From Escherichia coli O157:H7 (GTDB taxonomy: Bacteria > Pseudomonadota > Gammaproteobacteria > Enterobacterales > Enterobacteriaceae), in assembly GCF_013167455.1 (NCBI RefSeq), contig NZ_CP038328.1: 64,000 nucleotides of DNA. One strand, 5' to 3'. Positions within the stretch are counted from its first letter, which is position 1, and the number at the start of each line of letters is the position of its first letter. Of this stretch, positions 24,420-38,298 are shown in pieces. A model generated the notes under the pieces. It was not told the DNA's origin, made no database searches, and saw only the letters and a list, made by a program, of their open reading frames with translations. The position numbers and the translations under genes are program-made.

Positions 24420-25622
24420 TTACAGCACCAGTGCTGCGATTGACGCAGACAGCACACTCACCAGGGTAGAGCCGTAAACCAGCTTCAGACCGAAGCGAGA
24501 AACCACGTTACCTTGCTCTTCATTCAGGCCTTTAACTGCACCTGCGATAATCCCGATTGAAGAGAAGTTAGCGAAGGAAACCAGGAACACAGAGATGATG
24601 CCTTCAGCACGCGGAGAGAGTGTAGAGGCAATTTTCTGAAGATCCATCATCGCAACGAACTCGTTGGAAACCAGTTTGGTCGCCATGATACTGCCCACTT
24701 GCAGTGCTTCACTGGAAGGAACACCCATCACCCATGCAATCGGATAGAAGATGTAGCCCAGGATGCCCTGGAAGGAGATGCTGTAGCCAATCCAGCCAGT
24801 CACGGTAGCAAACAGTGCGTTCAGCGCGGCGATCAGGGCGATAAAGCCAATCAGCATTGCGGCAACGATAATGGCAACTTTGAAACCTGCCAGAATGTAT
24901 TCACCCAGCATTTCGAAGAAGCTCTGACCTTCGTGCAGGTTGGACATCTGAATGTTTTCTTCACAGGCATCAACACGGTAAGGGTTGATCAGCGACAGCA
25001 CGATAAAGGTGCTGAACATGTTCAGTACCAGCGCTGCAACGACGTATTTTGGTTCCAGCATGGTCATGTATGCACCAACGATGGACATAGAAACGGTGGA
25101 CATCGCCGTTGCTGCCATGGTGTACATACGGTTACGGGAGATTTTGCCAAGGATATCTTTATAGGCAATAAAGTTTTCAGACTGACCCAGAATCAGGGAG
25201 CTGACGGCGTTAAAGGATTCCAGTTTGCCCATGCCGTTGACTTTGGAGAGCAGGAAACCAATTGCGCGGATAATCACCGGCAACACGCGAATGTGCTGGA
25301 GAATACCGATCAGTGCAGAGATAAAGACGATTGGGCACAGCACTTTCAGGAAGAAGAATGCCAGGCCTTGATCATTCATGCTACCAAAGACGAAGTTAGT
25401 CCCTTCGTTGGCAAATCCGAGCAGTTTTTCGAACATTTCGGAGAAGCCTTTCACGAAGCCTAAACCAACGTCGGAGTTCAGGAAGAACCACGCCAGTAAC
25501 ACTTCGATAACAAGCAGTTGAATAACATAACGGATACGAATTTTTTTGCGGTCGCTGCTTACCAGCAGTGCGAGGATCGCAACAACGGCAAGTGCCAGTA
25601 CAAAATGAAGGACGCGGTCCAT
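24420..25622 (-). CDS. nupC: Nucleoside:H+ symporter NupC (CNT family)
   Basis: ORF 24420..25661; start placed at [14 protein letters not shown]... (400 aa). Confidence 0.92.
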   Translation of the reverse strand: MDRVLHFVLALAVVAILALLVSSDRKKIRIRYVIQLLVIEVLLAWFFLNSDVGLGFVKGFSEMFEKLLGFANEGTNFVFGSMNDQGLAFFFLKVLCPIVFISALIGILQHIRVLPVIIRAIGFLLSKVNGMGKLESFNAVSSLILGQSENFIAYKDILGKISRNRMYTMAATAMSTVSMSIVGAYMTMLEPKYVVAALVLNMFSTFIVLSLINPYRVDACEENIQMSNLHEGQSFFEMLGEYILAGFKVAIIVAAMLIGFIALIAALNALFATVTGWIGYSISFQGILGYIFYPIAWVMGVPSSEALQVGSIMATKLVSNEFVAMMDLQKIASTLSPRAEGIISVFLVSFANFSSIGIIAGAVKGLNEEQGNVVSRFGLKLVYGSTLVSVLSASIAALVL

Positions 25623-25948
25623 ATTTGCTCCAAATATGAGGCAGGTTAAATTTCCGTGCACATTCTATGTAACATGGTTAAGGAAAACGAGATCTGACAC
25701 ACACTATAATGACGTCCTGTGACAAGCTTCAAAAATAGTGAGCTGTCATACATTTCTGCTATGTTGTGTATGGAAGCTGAAAGTTATGTAAATGTGCTAA
25801 CATTAAACATAACCATAACATTCAAGTCATCAATCTTTTCGTAGTCATAATCCTGGTCTATCAGAGAAATCACCACAACCCATTTAAATGAATTTGATAA
25901 TCATTCTCGTTTGGCATAGCATGAAACATAGCAAAGGCTATGTTTTAG

Positions 25949-27196
<1,248 letters not shown>

Positions 27197-27254
27197 TTGA
27201 ATGAGCGTCGCATCTGGCACTATTGGCGATGCGGCGTAAACGCCTTATCCGCCC

Positions 27255-27315
27255 TACGCGTTAAAGAGCCGGTTTGTAGGCCTGATAAGACGCACTAGCG
27301 TCGCATCAGGCCTTG
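27255..27315. repeat. REP element(s) downstream of mntH
   Basis: gtaggcctgataagacgcactagcgtcgcatcaggcc palindromic unit. Confidence 0.75.
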
Positions 27316-27335
27316 TGCTCCATTGGCGAATGTGT

Positions 27336-27662
27336 TTAATGGCGGTGTCCATGTCCGCGGCCTTTTCCGCGATGATCGTCACGATCGCGCCAGCCTTCAC
27401 GATAGCCACGCTCATATGCTTTACGCTTATCCCAGCCACGATGGTAGCCATTATCATGACGCCACCAGCGGTTTTTACGCCATTCATAATTGCGATGCCA
27501 GTAGTCACGGTCGCGCCAGTGACCACCGTCCCAGTAATTACCGTAATGATCGCGATCGCCAATTTGTAATTTGATTGATGGCAGTAGGGTGATTTCGCCT
27601 GCGTTTGCTGCAAGCGGGGTAAATGCCATCAGGGCGGCCGCCAGAAACAGTGACCTGAACAT
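27336..27662 (-). CDS. ypeC: Secreted His/Arg/Trp-rich small protein YpeC (DUF2502)
   Basis: 108 aa; signal peptide [29 protein letters not shown]-rich low-complexity C-terminus. Confidence 0.8.
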
Positions 27663-27776
27663 TGTTATTCTCCTTCACGATCGAAGCCGTCAGCGGCCTG
27701 TTAACGCAATATTACGGGGAGGTAAAGCCCCGTATCATCGCCATAACTCTTAAATCATAAAGGAGAGCATTTTTTG

Positions 27777-29033
27777 CTAAACGTTATCGTGGGGTGGCTG
27801 TTGCTTCGGACGATTGACCATCATCATCGGCTTACCTGCTAATAACAGCCATGCCGGAAGCATGACGATACAGAGCAGCGGTAGCAATGTGGTATTGGGT
27901 ACAACGACTGCCGCCATAAAAAGACTTAACCAGCCATCGCGTGTTACCACCAGCACGATGCCGAGAATAGCGCAGGAAACGGTTATTGCCGCTGGTACGG
28001 CGGGAACGTGCTCATGCAGCATCAACCCTAATGCCACGCCGACAAACACTGCCGGGAAGATTCGCCCACCGCGAAAGCCACTGGCGGCAGCAACGACCAG
28101 GGCGGCAAGTTTAATTACCGCCAGCAAAAAGTAATCGCTGGTGCTGAAAGCCTGATTTGCCACCATCTGCTGCATCTCATCCAGCCCTTTAAACAGCGAA
28201 ACTGGTCCACCAATAACCCCCAGAATACCGAGAATAAATCCGCCAATACCCAGCACGAGCACCGGATTTTTCATTTGATGCATCATCGCGTGCAACCGTG
28301 GTAAGCACCATACGGCGACCATCCCTGCTGCGATGGCAATCGCCGCGACAATTGCACCGCTGAGAATATCGGTCATTTCCATCTGTCCGTAATGCGCAAT
28401 GGGCAGTGAAAAATGGGGATGGAAAAATAATCCGGTAGTAAGTGCACCAGCTGCTGCCGCCATTAACGGCGCAAAAAGACGATCCCATAGCGGAACTTCA
28501 CTACTGCCATTTAAGGTTTGCGAAAATATCAACGCCGCCGCAACAGGTGTACCAAACAGCGCGCCGATGGTTCCGGCAGAGGCTAAAATAGTCCACTCCA
28601 TTCGGTTGACGCGCGGTAACAGACGAGCGCCAATGGCAACCGCAAGGGCGATATTGACGGTCATGATCGGATGTTCCGGCCCCAGGCTGACGCCGCCAGC
28701 AAGACCGAGAATTAATGCTACGATAAGTCCTGGTAGCGCAGAGGGCGGAACCGGTGCGCCGATCAGCGGTTCACAGGCGGGGTCTGGTCCGGCATGACCC
28801 TGGCTGAAACGGATAACCAACCCCACCGCAATACCCGTTAGCGTTAATACACCGATGATCCAGAGGGGTGAATCCTGGGCTATCCCCAGAGTTCCCGGCA
28901 GTCGTTGCCAGAGCAAATTCTGTAATACCGAGGCGATTTTCATCACCACAATCAGAATAAGACTGGACGCAATCCCAATTGCCACGGCGGGGAGCGATAA
29001 TAACAACATGGTTCTGGCTCGCGGATGGAGCAT
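27777..29033 (-). CDS. yfeO: ClC-family voltage-gated chloride channel-like membrane protein
   Basis: 418-aa polytopic membrane protein with GxxxP/GGxxGP-like motifs; divergent from glk. Confidence 0.85.
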
Positions 29034-29236
29034 GTTCTATTCCTTATGCGGGGTCAGATACTTAGTTTGCCCAGCTTGCAAAAAGGCATCGCTGCAATTG
29101 GTGCTGAAACGATAAAGTAATTGTGTGACCCAGATCGATATTTACAGGGAGCCTGCCTTTCCGGCGTTGTTGTTATGCCCCCAGGTATTTACAGTGTGAG
29201 AAAGAATTATTTTGACTTTAGCGGAGCAGTTGAAGA

Positions 29237-30202
29237 ATGACAAAGTATGCATTAGTCGGTGATGTGGGCGGCACCAACGCACGTCTTGCTCTGTGTGATA
29301 TTGCCAGTGGTGAAATCTCGCAGGCTAAGACCTATTCAGGGCTTGATTACCCCAGCCTCGAAGCGGTCATTCGCGTTTATCTTGAAGAACATAAGGTCGA
29401 GGTGAAAGACGGCTGTATTGCCATCGCTTGCCCGATTACCGGAGACTGGGTGGCAATGACCAACCATACCTGGGCGTTCTCAATTGCCGAAATGAAAAAG
29501 AATCTCGGTTTTAGCCATCTGGAAATTATTAACGATTTTACCGCTGTATCGATGGCGATCCCGATGCTGAAAAAAGAGCATCTGATTCAGTTTGGTGGCG
29601 CAGAACCGGTAGAAGGTAAGCCTATTGCGGTTTACGGTGCCGGAACGGGGCTTGGGGTTGCGCATCTGGTCCATGTCGATAAGCGTTGGGTAAGCTTGCC
29701 GGGCGAAGGCGGTCACGTTGATTTTGCGCCGAATAGTGAAGAAGAGGCCATTATCCTCGAAATATTGCGTGCGGAAATTGGTCATGTTTCGGCGGAACGC
29801 GTGCTTTCTGGCCCAGGACTGGTGAATTTGTATCGCGCAATTGTTAAAGCCGACAACCGCCTGCCAGAAAATCTCAAGCCAAAAGATATTACCGAACGCG
29901 CGCTGGCTGACAGCTGCACCGATTGCCGCCGTGCGTTGTCGCTGTTTTGCGTCATTATGGGCCGTTTTGGCGGCAATCTGGCGCTCAATCTCGGGACATT
30001 TGGCGGCGTGTTTATTGCGGGCGGTATCGTGCCGCGCTTCCTTGAGTTCTTCAAAGCCTCTGGTTTCCGTGCCGCATTTGAAGATAAAGGGCGCTTTAAA
30101 GAATATGTCCATGATATTCCGGTGTATCTCATCGTCCATGACAATCCGGGTCTTCTCGGTTCCGGTGCACATTTACGCCAGACCTTAGGTCACATTCTGT
30201 AA
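29237..30202 (+). CDS. glk: Glucokinase
   Basis: 321 aa, [21 protein letters not shown] (ROK-like ATP-binding N-terminus). Confidence 0.95.
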   Translation: MTKYALVGDVGGTNARLALCDIASGEISQAKTYSGLDYPSLEAVIRVYLEEHKVEVKDGCIAIACPITGDWVAMTNHTWAFSIAEMKKNLGFSHLEIINDFTAVSMAIPMLKKEHLIQFGGAEPVEGKPIAVYGAGTGLGVAHLVHVDKRWVSLPGEGGHVDFAPNSEEEAIILEILRAEIGHVSAERVLSGPGLVNLYRAIVKADNRLPENLKPKDITERALADSCTDCRRALSLFCVIMGRFGGNLALNLGTFGGVFIAGGIVPRFLEFFKASGFRAAFEDKGRFKEYVHDIPVYLIVHDNPGLLGSGAHLRQTLGHIL

Positions 30203-30420
30203 ATCCTTCCTGTTATATCGGGAGGTAACTCTCCCGATAATCTTTTAAATCATACAGTTAATTCAACTTTTCTTTGTGTCCCCTCACAAGGCCGACCTGC
30301 GTCACACTTCCGTACAGCGGGATTAATTCTCCAGTAAATGCATTATTTGTCTGGTAACGGCGATTTGTTTTGCACGTTCATAATTTCACTCGTCAACTAT
30401 CACTGAACGAGGAATTAACG

Positions 30421-30747
30421 ATGAGTAAGAAACTGATTGCCTTATGTGCCTGCCCAATGGGCCTGGCTCACACTTTTATGGCCGCTCAGGCGCTGGAAGA
30501 AGCGGCGGTAGAAGCCGGTTATGAAGTGAAAATTGAAACCCAGGGCGCGGACGGTATCCAGAATCGCCTGACGGCGCAGGATATCGCCGAAGCGACCATC
30601 ATCATCCACTCCGTGGCAGTTACCCCGGAAGATAACGAACGTTTCGAATCACGCGACGTTTATGAAATCACTTTGCAGGACGCAATTAAAAACGCTGCGG
30701 GCATCATCAAAGAAATCGAAGAGATGATTGCCTCTGAACAACAGTAA
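30421..30747 (+). CDS. fryB: PTS fructose-like EIIB component
   Basis: 108 aa from MSKKLIALCACPMGLAHTFMAA (phospho-cysteine CxxC region); ORF 30370..30747 includes an upstream extension. Confidence 0.88.
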   Translation: MSKKLIALCACPMGLAHTFMAAQALEEAAVEAGYEVKIETQGADGIQNRLTAQDIAEATIIIHSVAVTPEDNERFESRDVYEITLQDAIKNAAGIIKEIEEMIASEQQ

Positions 30748-30768
30748 TATTCGACAGGGATAATTGTT

Positions 30769-32016
30769 ATGGCCATTAAAAAACGCAGTGCAACCGTTGT
30801 GCCTGGCGCATCCGGTGCGGCAGCGGCAGTTAAGAATCCGCAGGCCTCTAAAAGCAGCTTCTGGGGTGAACTCCCGCAGCATGTGATGTCAGGGATTTCA
30901 CGCATGGTGCCGACCTTAATTATGGGCGGTGTGATCCTCGCTTTCAGCCAGTTGATTGCTTATAGCTGGCTTAAAATTCCTGCTGAGATCGGCATCATGG
31001 ATGCTCTTAATAGCGGGAAATTCTCCGGTTTCGACCTCTCCTTACTGAAATTTGCCTGGTTGTCGCAGTCCTTCGGCGGCGTGTTGTTTGGTTTTGCCAT
31101 TCCGATGTTTGCTGCTTTTGTGGCGAACTCTATCGGTGGCAAACTGGCGTTTCCGGCTGGTTTTATCGGCGGCTTGATGTCTACCCAGCCGACGCAACTG
31201 CTGAACTTCGATCCCAGCACTATGCAATGGGCGACCTCTTCGCCGGTGCCGTCCACCTTCATTGGTGCGCTGATTATTTCTATCGTTGCCGGTTACCTTG
31301 TGAAATGGATGAACCAGAAAATCCAGTTACCGGATTTCCTGTTAGCGTTCAAAACCACATTTTTGCTACCGATTCTTTCCGCTATTTTTGTCATGCTGGC
31401 GATGTACTACGTCATCACCCCCTTTGGGGGCTGGATCAACGGCGGTATCCGTACTGTGCTGACTGCCGCAGGTGAGAAGGGCGCGCTGATGTACGCAATG
31501 GGGATCGCCGCGGCGACAGCAATCGACCTTGGTGGCCCGATCAACAAAGCCGCAGGTTTTGTTGCCTTCAGCTTTACCACTGACCACGTATTACCGGTCA
31601 CCGCTCGTTCTATCGCTATCGTTATTCCGCCGATTGGTCTGGGTCTGGCGACCATTATTGACCGTCGTTTAACCGGCAAACGCCTGTTCAACGCACAACT
31701 TTATCCGCAGGGTAAGACCGCGATGTTCCTTGCCTTTATGGGGATCAGTGAGGGTGCGATTCCGTTTGCGCTGGAAAGCCCCATCACCGCCATTCCGTCG
31801 TATATGGTCGGCGCGATTGTCGGCTCAACCGCCGCTGTCTGGCTGGGCGCAGTGCAATGGTTCCCGGAATCCGCTATCTGGGCATGGCCGCTGGTCACTA
31901 ACCTGGGCGTCTATATGGCGGGGATCGCGCTGGGGGCAGTCATAACTGCGCTGATGGTGGTGTTCCTGCGTCTGATGATGTTCCGTAAAGGCAAATTGTT
32001 AATCGATAGCCTGTAA
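30769..32016 (+). CDS. fryC: PTS fructose-like EIIC permease
   Basis: 415-aa polytopic membrane protein downstream of fryB. Confidence 0.88.
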   Translation: MAIKKRSATVVPGASGAAAAVKNPQASKSSFWGELPQHVMSGISRMVPTLIMGGVILAFSQLIAYSWLKIPAEIGIMDALNSGKFSGFDLSLLKFAWLSQSFGGVLFGFAIPMFAAFVANSIGGKLAFPAGFIGGLMSTQPTQLLNFDPSTMQWATSSPVPSTFIGALIISIVAGYLVKWMNQKIQLPDFLLAFKTTFLLPILSAIFVMLAMYYVITPFGGWINGGIRTVLTAAGEKGALMYAMGIAAATAIDLGGPINKAAGFVAFSFTTDHVLPVTARSIAIVIPPIGLGLATIIDRRLTGKRLFNAQLYPQGKTAMFLAFMGISEGAIPFALESPITAIPSYMVGAIVGSTAAVWLGAVQWFPESAIWAWPLVTNLGVYMAGIALGAVITALMVVFLRLMMFRKGKLLIDSL

Positions 32017-32030
32017 GAAGGAAAATCCAG

Positions 32031-33116
32031 ATGACATTACTCGCTTCGCTGCGCGACTGGCTTAAGGCGCAACAACTGGATGCGGTGCTTCTCTCCTCAC
32101 GGCAGAACAAACAGCCGCATCTGGGGATCTCCACCGGATCAGGCTATGTGCTGATTAGCCGTGAAAGTGCGCACATTCTGGTGGACTCGCGCTATTACGC
32201 GGATGTAGAAGCCCGCACGCAAGGTTACCAGCTGCATTTGCTTGACGCGACGCACACGCTTACAACCATCGCCAGGCAAATCATTGCCGATGAGCAGTTG
32301 CAAACGCTCGGTTTTGAAGGCCAGCAGGTGAGTTGGGAAACCGCGCATCGCTGGCAGTCTGAACTCAATGCGAAACTGGTTAGCGCCACGCCGGATGTGC
32401 TGCGGCAAATCAAAACGCCAGAGGAGGTGGAGAAAATCCGCCTTGCCTGTGGGATTGCCGATCGCGGTGCAGAGCATATTCGCCGCTTTATTCAGGCGGG
32501 GATGAGCGAGCGCGAGATAGCCGCTGAACTGGAGTGGTTTATGCGCCAGCAGGGCGCAGAAAAAACCTCTTTTGACACCATTGTCGCCAGTGGCTGGCGT
32601 GGGGCGCTGCCGCACGGCAAAGCCAGCGACAAGATTGTTGCAGCGGGCGAGTTTGTCACTCTCGATTTCGGTGCGCTCTATCAGGGCTACTGCTCTGATA
32701 TGACGCGCACCTTGCTGGTGAATGGCGAAGGGGTGAGCGCCGAATCTCACCCGCTGTTTAACGTCTATCAGATTGTTTTGCAGGCACAGCTCGCAGCAAT
32801 CTCTGCAATTCGCCCCGGCGTGCGCTGCCAGCAGGTTGACGAAGCCGCGCGTCGGGTGATTACCGAGGCAGGTTTTAGCCACTATTTCGGTCATAACACC
32901 GCTCATGCTATCGGCATTGAAGTTCATGAAGATCCGCGTTTTTCACCGCGGGACACCACGACGCTACAGCCAGGCATGTTACTGACCGTGGAGCCGGGGA
33001 TTTATTTGCCAGGGCAAGGGGGCGTGCGCATCGAGGATGTTGTGCTGGTCACCCCGCAAGGCGCAGAAGTGCTCTACGCCATGCCGAAAACAGTGTTGCT
33101 CACGGGAGAGGCATAA
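32031..33116 (+). CDS. ypdF: Xaa-Pro aminopeptidase (M24 family)
   Basis: 361 aa; M24 metal-binding residues in the C-terminal pita-bread domain ([13 protein letters not shown]). Confidence 0.88.
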   Translation: MTLLASLRDWLKAQQLDAVLLSSRQNKQPHLGISTGSGYVLISRESAHILVDSRYYADVEARTQGYQLHLLDATHTLTTIARQIIADEQLQTLGFEGQQVSWETAHRWQSELNAKLVSATPDVLRQIKTPEEVEKIRLACGIADRGAEHIRRFIQAGMSEREIAAELEWFMRQQGAEKTSFDTIVASGWRGALPHGKASDKIVAAGEFVTLDFGALYQGYCSDMTRTLLVNGEGVSAESHPLFNVYQIVLQAQLAAISAIRPGVRCQQVDEAARRVITEAGFSHYFGHNTAHAIGIEVHEDPRFSPRDTTTLQPGMLLTVEPGIYLPGQGGVRIEDVVLVTPQGAEVLYAMPKTVLLTGEA

Positions 33117-34153
33117 TGGATTTATCGCTATTGAAAGCGTTGAGCGAGGCAGATGCGATCGCCTCCTCGGAACAGGAAGTGCGGCAGATCCTGCTGGAAG
33201 AAGCGGATCGCCTGCAAAAAGAAGTGCGATTTGATGGGCTGGGATCGGTGCTGATCCGCCTCAATGAATCGACAGGTCCGAAGGTGATGATCTGTGCGCA
33301 TATGGACGAAGTGGGATTTATGGTGCGCAGCATCTCCCGCGAAGGGGCGATTGATGTGCTGCCGGTTGGCAATGTACGCATGGCTGCCCGCCAGCTGCAG
33401 CCGGTGCGCATCACCACCCGTGAAGAGTGCAAAATTCCAGGCCTGCTTGACGGCGACCGGCAGGGGAATGATGTCAGCGCCATGCGCGTGGATATTGGCG
33501 CGCGCTCGTATGACGAAGTGATGCAGGCGGGAATTCGTCCAGGCGATCGCGTCACGTTCGATACCACTTTTCAGGTTCTCCCCCACCAGCGGGTGATGGG
33601 GAAAGCCTTTGATGACCGCCTCGGTTGCTACCTGCTGGTGACGTTACTGCGCGAACTACACAGCGCTGAACTGCCTGCGGAAGTGTGGCTGGTGGCCAGT
33701 TCCAGCGAAGAGGTGGGGTTACGCGGCGGGCAAACTGCCACCCGCGCGGTGTCGCCGGACGTCGCCATTGTCCTTGATACCGCCTGCTGGGCGAAAAACT
33801 TTAATTATGGCGCGGCTAACCATCGCCAGATTGGTAACGGCCCGATGCTGGTGTTAAGCGACAAGTCACTGATTGCGCCGCCAAAACTCACCGCCTGGAT
33901 CGAAACCGTGGCGGCAGAAATTGGCGTGCCGTTACAGGCGGATATGTTCAGTAACGGCGGCACGGACGGTGGAGCGGTGCACTTAACCGGTACTGGCGTA
34001 CCCACAGTGGTGATGGGGCCTGCCACCCGCCACGGACATTGCGCCGCGTCGATTGCCGATTGCCGTGACATTTTGCAGATGGAGCAACTTTTATCTGCCC
34101 TTATTCAACGTCTTACGCGTGAGACGGTTGTTCAACTGACGGATTTCAGATGA
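33116..34153 (+). CDS. ypdE: M42-family aminopeptidase
   Basis: 345 aa, translationally coupled to ypd[10 protein letters not shown] motif. Confidence 0.88.
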   Translation: MDLSLLKALSEADAIASSEQEVRQILLEEADRLQKEVRFDGLGSVLIRLNESTGPKVMICAHMDEVGFMVRSISREGAIDVLPVGNVRMAARQLQPVRITTREECKIPGLLDGDRQGNDVSAMRVDIGARSYDEVMQAGIRPGDRVTFDTTFQVLPHQRVMGKAFDDRLGCYLLVTLLRELHSAELPAEVWLVASSSEEVGLRGGQTATRAVSPDVAIVLDTACWAKNFNYGAANHRQIGNGPMLVLSDKSLIAPPKLTAWIETVAAEIGVPLQADMFSNGGTDGGAVHLTGTGVPTVVMGPATRHGHCAASIADCRDILQMEQLLSALIQRLTRETVVQLTDFR

Positions 34154-34177
34154 TCTCCTGATTAACCCGGAGCGGTT

Positions 34178-36673
34178 ATGTTAACGATTCAATTTCTCTG
34201 TCCTTTGCCTAACGGTCTACATGCTCGTCCGGCGTGGGAACTTAAAGAACAGTGCAGCCAGTGGCAAAGCGAAATCACTTTTATTAACCATCGCCAGAAC
34301 GCAAAGGCCGATGCCAAAAGCTCGCTGGCGCTGATTGGCACCGGCACCCTATTTAATGACAGTTGCAGCCTGAACATTAGCGGCAGCGATGAAGAGCAGG
34401 CGCGGCGCGTGCTGGAAGAGTACATCCAGGTGCGCTTTATCGACAGCGACAGCGTTCAGCCTACGCAGGCAGAACTGACGGCGCATCCGCTGCCGCGTTC
34501 ATTAAGCCGCCTTAACCCGGATTTACTGTACGGCAATGTGCTGGCAAGCGGCGTCGGCGTGGGTACGCTGACCCTGTTACAAAGCGACAGCCTCGACAGT
34601 TATCGGGCAATCCCCGCCAGTGCGCAAGATTCCACCCGGCTGGAGCACAGCCTGGCAACGCTTGCCGAGCAACTGAACCAGCAATTGCGTGAGCGTGACG
34701 GCGAAAGCAAAACTATCCTCAGCGCCCATTTGTCGCTGATTCAGGATGATGAATTTGCAGGCAATATCCGTCGCCTGATGACAGAACAGCATCAGGGGCT
34801 GGGGGCGGCGATCATCAGAAATATGGAGCAGGTTTGCGCCAAACTTTCTGCTTCTGCCAGCGATTATCTGCGCGAACGTGTTAGCGACATTCGCGATATT
34901 AGCGAACAGTTGCTGCATATTACCTGGCCGGAACTGAAGCCGCGCAACAATCTGGTGCTGGAAAAACCGACTATTCTGGTGGCCGAGGATTTAACCCCAA
35001 GCCAGTTTTTAAGCCTGGATTTAAAAAATCTTGCGGGCATGATTCTGGAGAAAACCGGGCGCACCTCGCATACCCTGATTCTGGCCCGCGCCTCGGCGAT
35101 CCCGGTACTGAGCGGCCTGCCGCTGGATGCGATCGCGCGTTATGCCGGGCAACCTGCAGTGCTTGACGCCCAGTGCGGCGTGCTGGCGATTAACCCGAAT
35201 GACGCGGTGAGCGGTTATTATCAGGTCGCGCAGACGCTGGCGGATAAACGCCAAAAACAACAGGCGCAGGCTGCCGCGCAGCTGGCTTATTCCCGTGATA
35301 ACAAGCGTATTGATATCGCGGCGAATATTGGCACCGCTCTGGAAGCGCCTGGCGCGTTTGCCAACGGCGCGGAAGGCGTCGGGCTGTTCCGTACCGAAAT
35401 GCTCTATATGGATCGCGACAGCGAGCCGGACGAGCAGGAGCAATTTGAAGCCTACCAGCAGGTGCTACTGGCAGCGGGCGACAAGCCGATTATCTTCCGC
35501 ACAATGGACATCGGAGGCGATAAAAGCATTCCTTATCTGAATATTCCCCAGGAAGAGAACCCGTTCCTCGGCTATCGCGCGGTACGTATTTACCCGGAAT
35601 TTGCTGGCCTGTTCCGCACTCAACTGCGGGCCATTTTGCGCGCCGCCAGTTTCGGCAACGCCCAGTTGATGATCCCGATGGTCCACGGCCTCGATCAGAT
35701 CTTATGGGTGAAGGGCGAGATCCAAAAAGCGATCGTTGAGCTTAAGCGCGATGGCCTGCGTCATGCAGAGACGATTACGCTGGGTATCATGGTGGAAGTG
35801 CCGTCGGTGTGCTACATCATCGATCACTTCTGCGATGAGGTCGATTTCTTCAGTATCGGCTCCAACGATATGACCCAGTATCTGTATGCGGTCGATCGTA
35901 ATAACCCGCGCGTATCGCCGCTATATAACCCGATTACGCCATCGTTCCTGCGCATGTTGCAGCAAATAGTTACCACTGCGCATCAGCGGGGCAAATGGGT
36001 AGGCATTTGCGGTGAACTGGGCGGTGAAAGCCGTTATCTGCCGCTACTGCTTGGGCTGGGCCTGGATGAGCTGAGTATGAGTAGCCCGCGCATTCCGGCG
36101 GTGAAAAGCCAGCTTCGTCAACTGGATAGCGAGGCGTGTCGGGAACTGGCACGTCAGGCGTGTGAATGTCGCAGCGCGCAGGAAATTGAAGCGTTACTCA
36201 CCGCCTTTACGCCGGAAGAAGACGTTCGCCCGCTGCTGGCGCTGGAGAATATCTTCGTTGATCAGGCCTTTAGCAATAAAGAGCAGGCGATCCAGTTCCT
36301 GTGCGGTAACCTCGGCGTTAACGGGCGCACTGAACATCCGTTCGAGCTGGAAGAGGATGTCTGGCAGCGGGAAGAGATTGTCACCACTGGCGTTGGTTTT
36401 GGCGTGGCGATCCCGCACACCAAATCTCAGTGGATCCGTCATTCCAGTATCAGCATTGCCCGGCTGGCGAAACCGGTTGACTGGCAGTCAGAAATGGGCG
36501 AAGTCGAACTGGTGATCATGCTGACGCTGGGTGCTAACGAAGGGATGAATCATGTGAAAGTCTTCTCGCAGCTGGCGCGTAAACTGGTGAATAAAAACTT
36601 CCGCCAGTCGTTGTTTGCCGCGCAAGATGCACAAAGTATCCTGACGCTGCTGGAAACAGAATTAACCTTCTGA
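34178..36673 (+). CDS. fryA: PTS multiphosphoryl transfer protein (HPr-like + enzyme I-like + EIIA-like)
   Basis: 831 aa; N-terminal HPr-like domain (GLHARPA), central PEP-utilizing enzyme I domain, C-terminal EIIA (fructose-type). Confidence 0.9.
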   Translation: MLTIQFLCPLPNGLHARPAWELKEQCSQWQSEITFINHRQNAKADAKSSLALIGTGTLFNDSCSLNISGSDEEQARRVLEEYIQVRFIDSDSVQPTQAELTAHPLPRSLSRLNPDLLYGNVLASGVGVGTLTLLQSDSLDSYRAIPASAQDSTRLEHSLATLAEQLNQQLRERDGESKTILSAHLSLIQDDEFAGNIRRLMTEQHQGLGAAIIRNMEQVCAKLSASASDYLRERVSDIRDISEQLLHITWPELKPRNNLVLEKPTILVAEDLTPSQFLSLDLKNLAGMILEKTGRTSHTLILARASAIPVLSGLPLDAIARYAGQPAVLDAQCGVLAINPNDAVSGYYQVAQTLADKRQKQQAQAAAQLAYSRDNKRIDIAANIGTALEAPGAFANGAEGVGLFRTEMLYMDRDSEPDEQEQFEAYQQVLLAAGDKPIIFRTMDIGGDKSIPYLNIPQEENPFLGYRAVRIYPEFAGLFRTQLRAILRAASFGNAQLMIPMVHGLDQILWVKGEIQKAIVELKRDGLRHAETITLGIMVEVPSVCYIIDHFCDEVDFFSIGSNDMTQYLYAVDRNNPRVSPLYNPITPSFLRMLQQIVTTAHQRGKWVGICGELGGESRYLPLLLGLGLDELSMSSPRIPAVKSQLRQLDSEACRELARQACECRSAQEIEALLTAFTPEEDVRPLLALENIFVDQAFSNKEQAIQFLCGNLGVNGRTEHPFELEEDVWQREEIVTTGVGFGVAIPHTKSQWIRHSSISIARLAKPVDWQSEMGEVELVIMLTLGANEGMNHVKVFSQLARKLVNKNFRQSLFAAQDAQSILTLLETELTF

Positions 36674-36675
36674 CG

Positions 36676-37533
36676 TTAGCCCTGAAAACGGGCGCTGTAC
36701 TCTCCCGGCGTCAGACCAAACTGACGCCGGAAAACGCGACAAAAATAGTCGCTATCCGGAAAACCGCAACGCTGTGCCACTTCATGAATTGACAAATGAT
36801 ATTTCTGCAAAATCATCCTCGCCTTCGCCATTCGCACCCAACGCACATACTCGATAAAACGCATCGTTCCATGCTGAGCAAACAGTTTTGACAGATGATT
36901 GGGCGTGATATTAAAAAACTGCGCCACGCTCTCGCGGGTGAGCGGCTGGGCATAATTATCCTGAACCCAGTTACAAATGCTGTGATAGAGAAAATCGCCG
37001 CGCGGCTGCGAATTGCCCGGCGGCATATTCACCACGTTACGGCAAAGATGCAGCAAACTTAACACCAGCGGCTGAATGATATTTTGCTCCAGCGGCGAAC
37101 GGCTAAGATGGGTGAGGGCGGTAAGCATCGCTTCACCTTCACCGCGTTGCAGGCTGGGAAGCTGGATCTGGCGAGCAGGATGCAACAATGACGTGGTGCG
37201 GCTATCGTAAAACGATAACCCAAGCCAGGTCGGAGCGAACACCAGGCTTAACAGCATCACCGGTTTGTTGTTGACCGGTAAATTAGCCGCGCGCGCCGGA
37301 ATAAACAGCATTTCTCCTTCCACCAAACGTTGCTGCTTTGCTTCCAGCAGATTGCCGTATTCGCCGCGCAGCACGATATCCAGACGGGGAAAATCAATAC
37401 ATAAACTGCCCACCGGCAACGAGGCAGGCTGGCTGGCAAACCAGACGCGCCCCAGTAGTTGCGGGTTAAGCACCAGGCCGCTGAACAGATCGGCGAAAAA
37501 TTGTTGATCGGCGGGCAAGCCTGGTGCTTTCAT
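36676..37533 (-). CDS. ypdC: AraC-family transcriptional regulator
   Basis: 285 aa; C-terminal AraC HTH (MRFIEYVRWVRMAKARMILQ...). Confidence 0.88.
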   Translation of the reverse strand: MKAPGLPADQQFFADLFSGLVLNPQLLGRVWFASQPASLPVGSLCIDFPRLDIVLRGEYGNLLEAKQQRLVEGEMLFIPARAANLPVNNKPVMLLSLVFAPTWLGLSFYDSRTTSLLHPARQIQLPSLQRGEGEAMLTALTHLSRSPLEQNIIQPLVLSLLHLCRNVVNMPPGNSQPRGDFLYHSICNWVQDNYAQPLTRESVAQFFNITPNHLSKLFAQHGTMRFIEYVRWVRMAKARMILQKYHLSIHEVAQRCGFPDSDYFCRVFRRQFGLTPGEYSARFQG

Positions 37534-37545
37534 GAAAGTTCCCGA

Positions 37546-38298
37546 TTAAAGATGCATTAACTGGCGGAATTCTTTAACTTTGCTGCGGCTGACCGGCACT
37601 TCAAAATCCAGATCTTTCAGCCGCAGAATATAGGTGTTATTAAACCACGGTTCGATTTCGCGGATTTTGTTCAGATTGACACAAAATGAGCGATGGCAGC
37701 GGAAAAAATGCGACGGCGGCAGTTTGCTGCAAAATTCGGTAATGTTCATCGGCATTACGTAGGATTCACGCCGCGTATAAACAAAGGTCATTTTCTCGTG
37801 CGCTTCGGCGTAATAGATATCGTTAATTGGCGTGACGATTATTCGCTCATCTTTCACCAGATTAATGGTGTCATTCTCACGCGTTACCGTCGCGGCAGGC
37901 GTGCTGCTGGTCTGCTGTTGTTGCCAGGCTGCTTCCAGTTTTTGCAGCATCCCGGTAATGCGTGACTCCTGATACGGTTTTAGAATGTAGTCAAACGCCT
38001 CCAGTTCAAACGCTTCTACCGCATGTTCTTTCCACGCGGTGATGAACACAATAAACGGTTTATGGGCGAACTGGCTGATGTTTTGTGCCAGCAACACACC
38101 ATCCAGCGACGGAATATTGATATCCAGAAAAATGGCGTCGACGCGGTTATGCTGCAAAAACTTCAACACGTCCAGACCGTCGTCAAAGGTGCCGACAATC
38201 TCCATCTGGCTGTGCTCTTTAATTAGCCAGCTCAGTTCCTGTTGTGCCAGGAATTCGTCTTCAACAATGATGACTTTCACAATATCACTCCGGCTCAA
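37546..38298 (-). CDS. ypdB: LytTR-family response regulator
   Basis: receiver domain ([15 protein letters not shown]...FLDINIP) plus C-terminal LytTR DNA-binding domain; true start may be a few codons internal. Confidence 0.9.

Noticed and set aside
24699..25463. 254-aa ORF on the plus strand
   Set aside because: Antisense to nupC; His/Gly-rich translation typical of a reverse-frame artefact.
27254..27613. 119-aa ORF on the minus strand and overlapping plus-strand ORFs
   Set aside because: They overlap the REP elements and ypeC; ypeC in its own frame has a clear signal peptide, so it is the preferred call.
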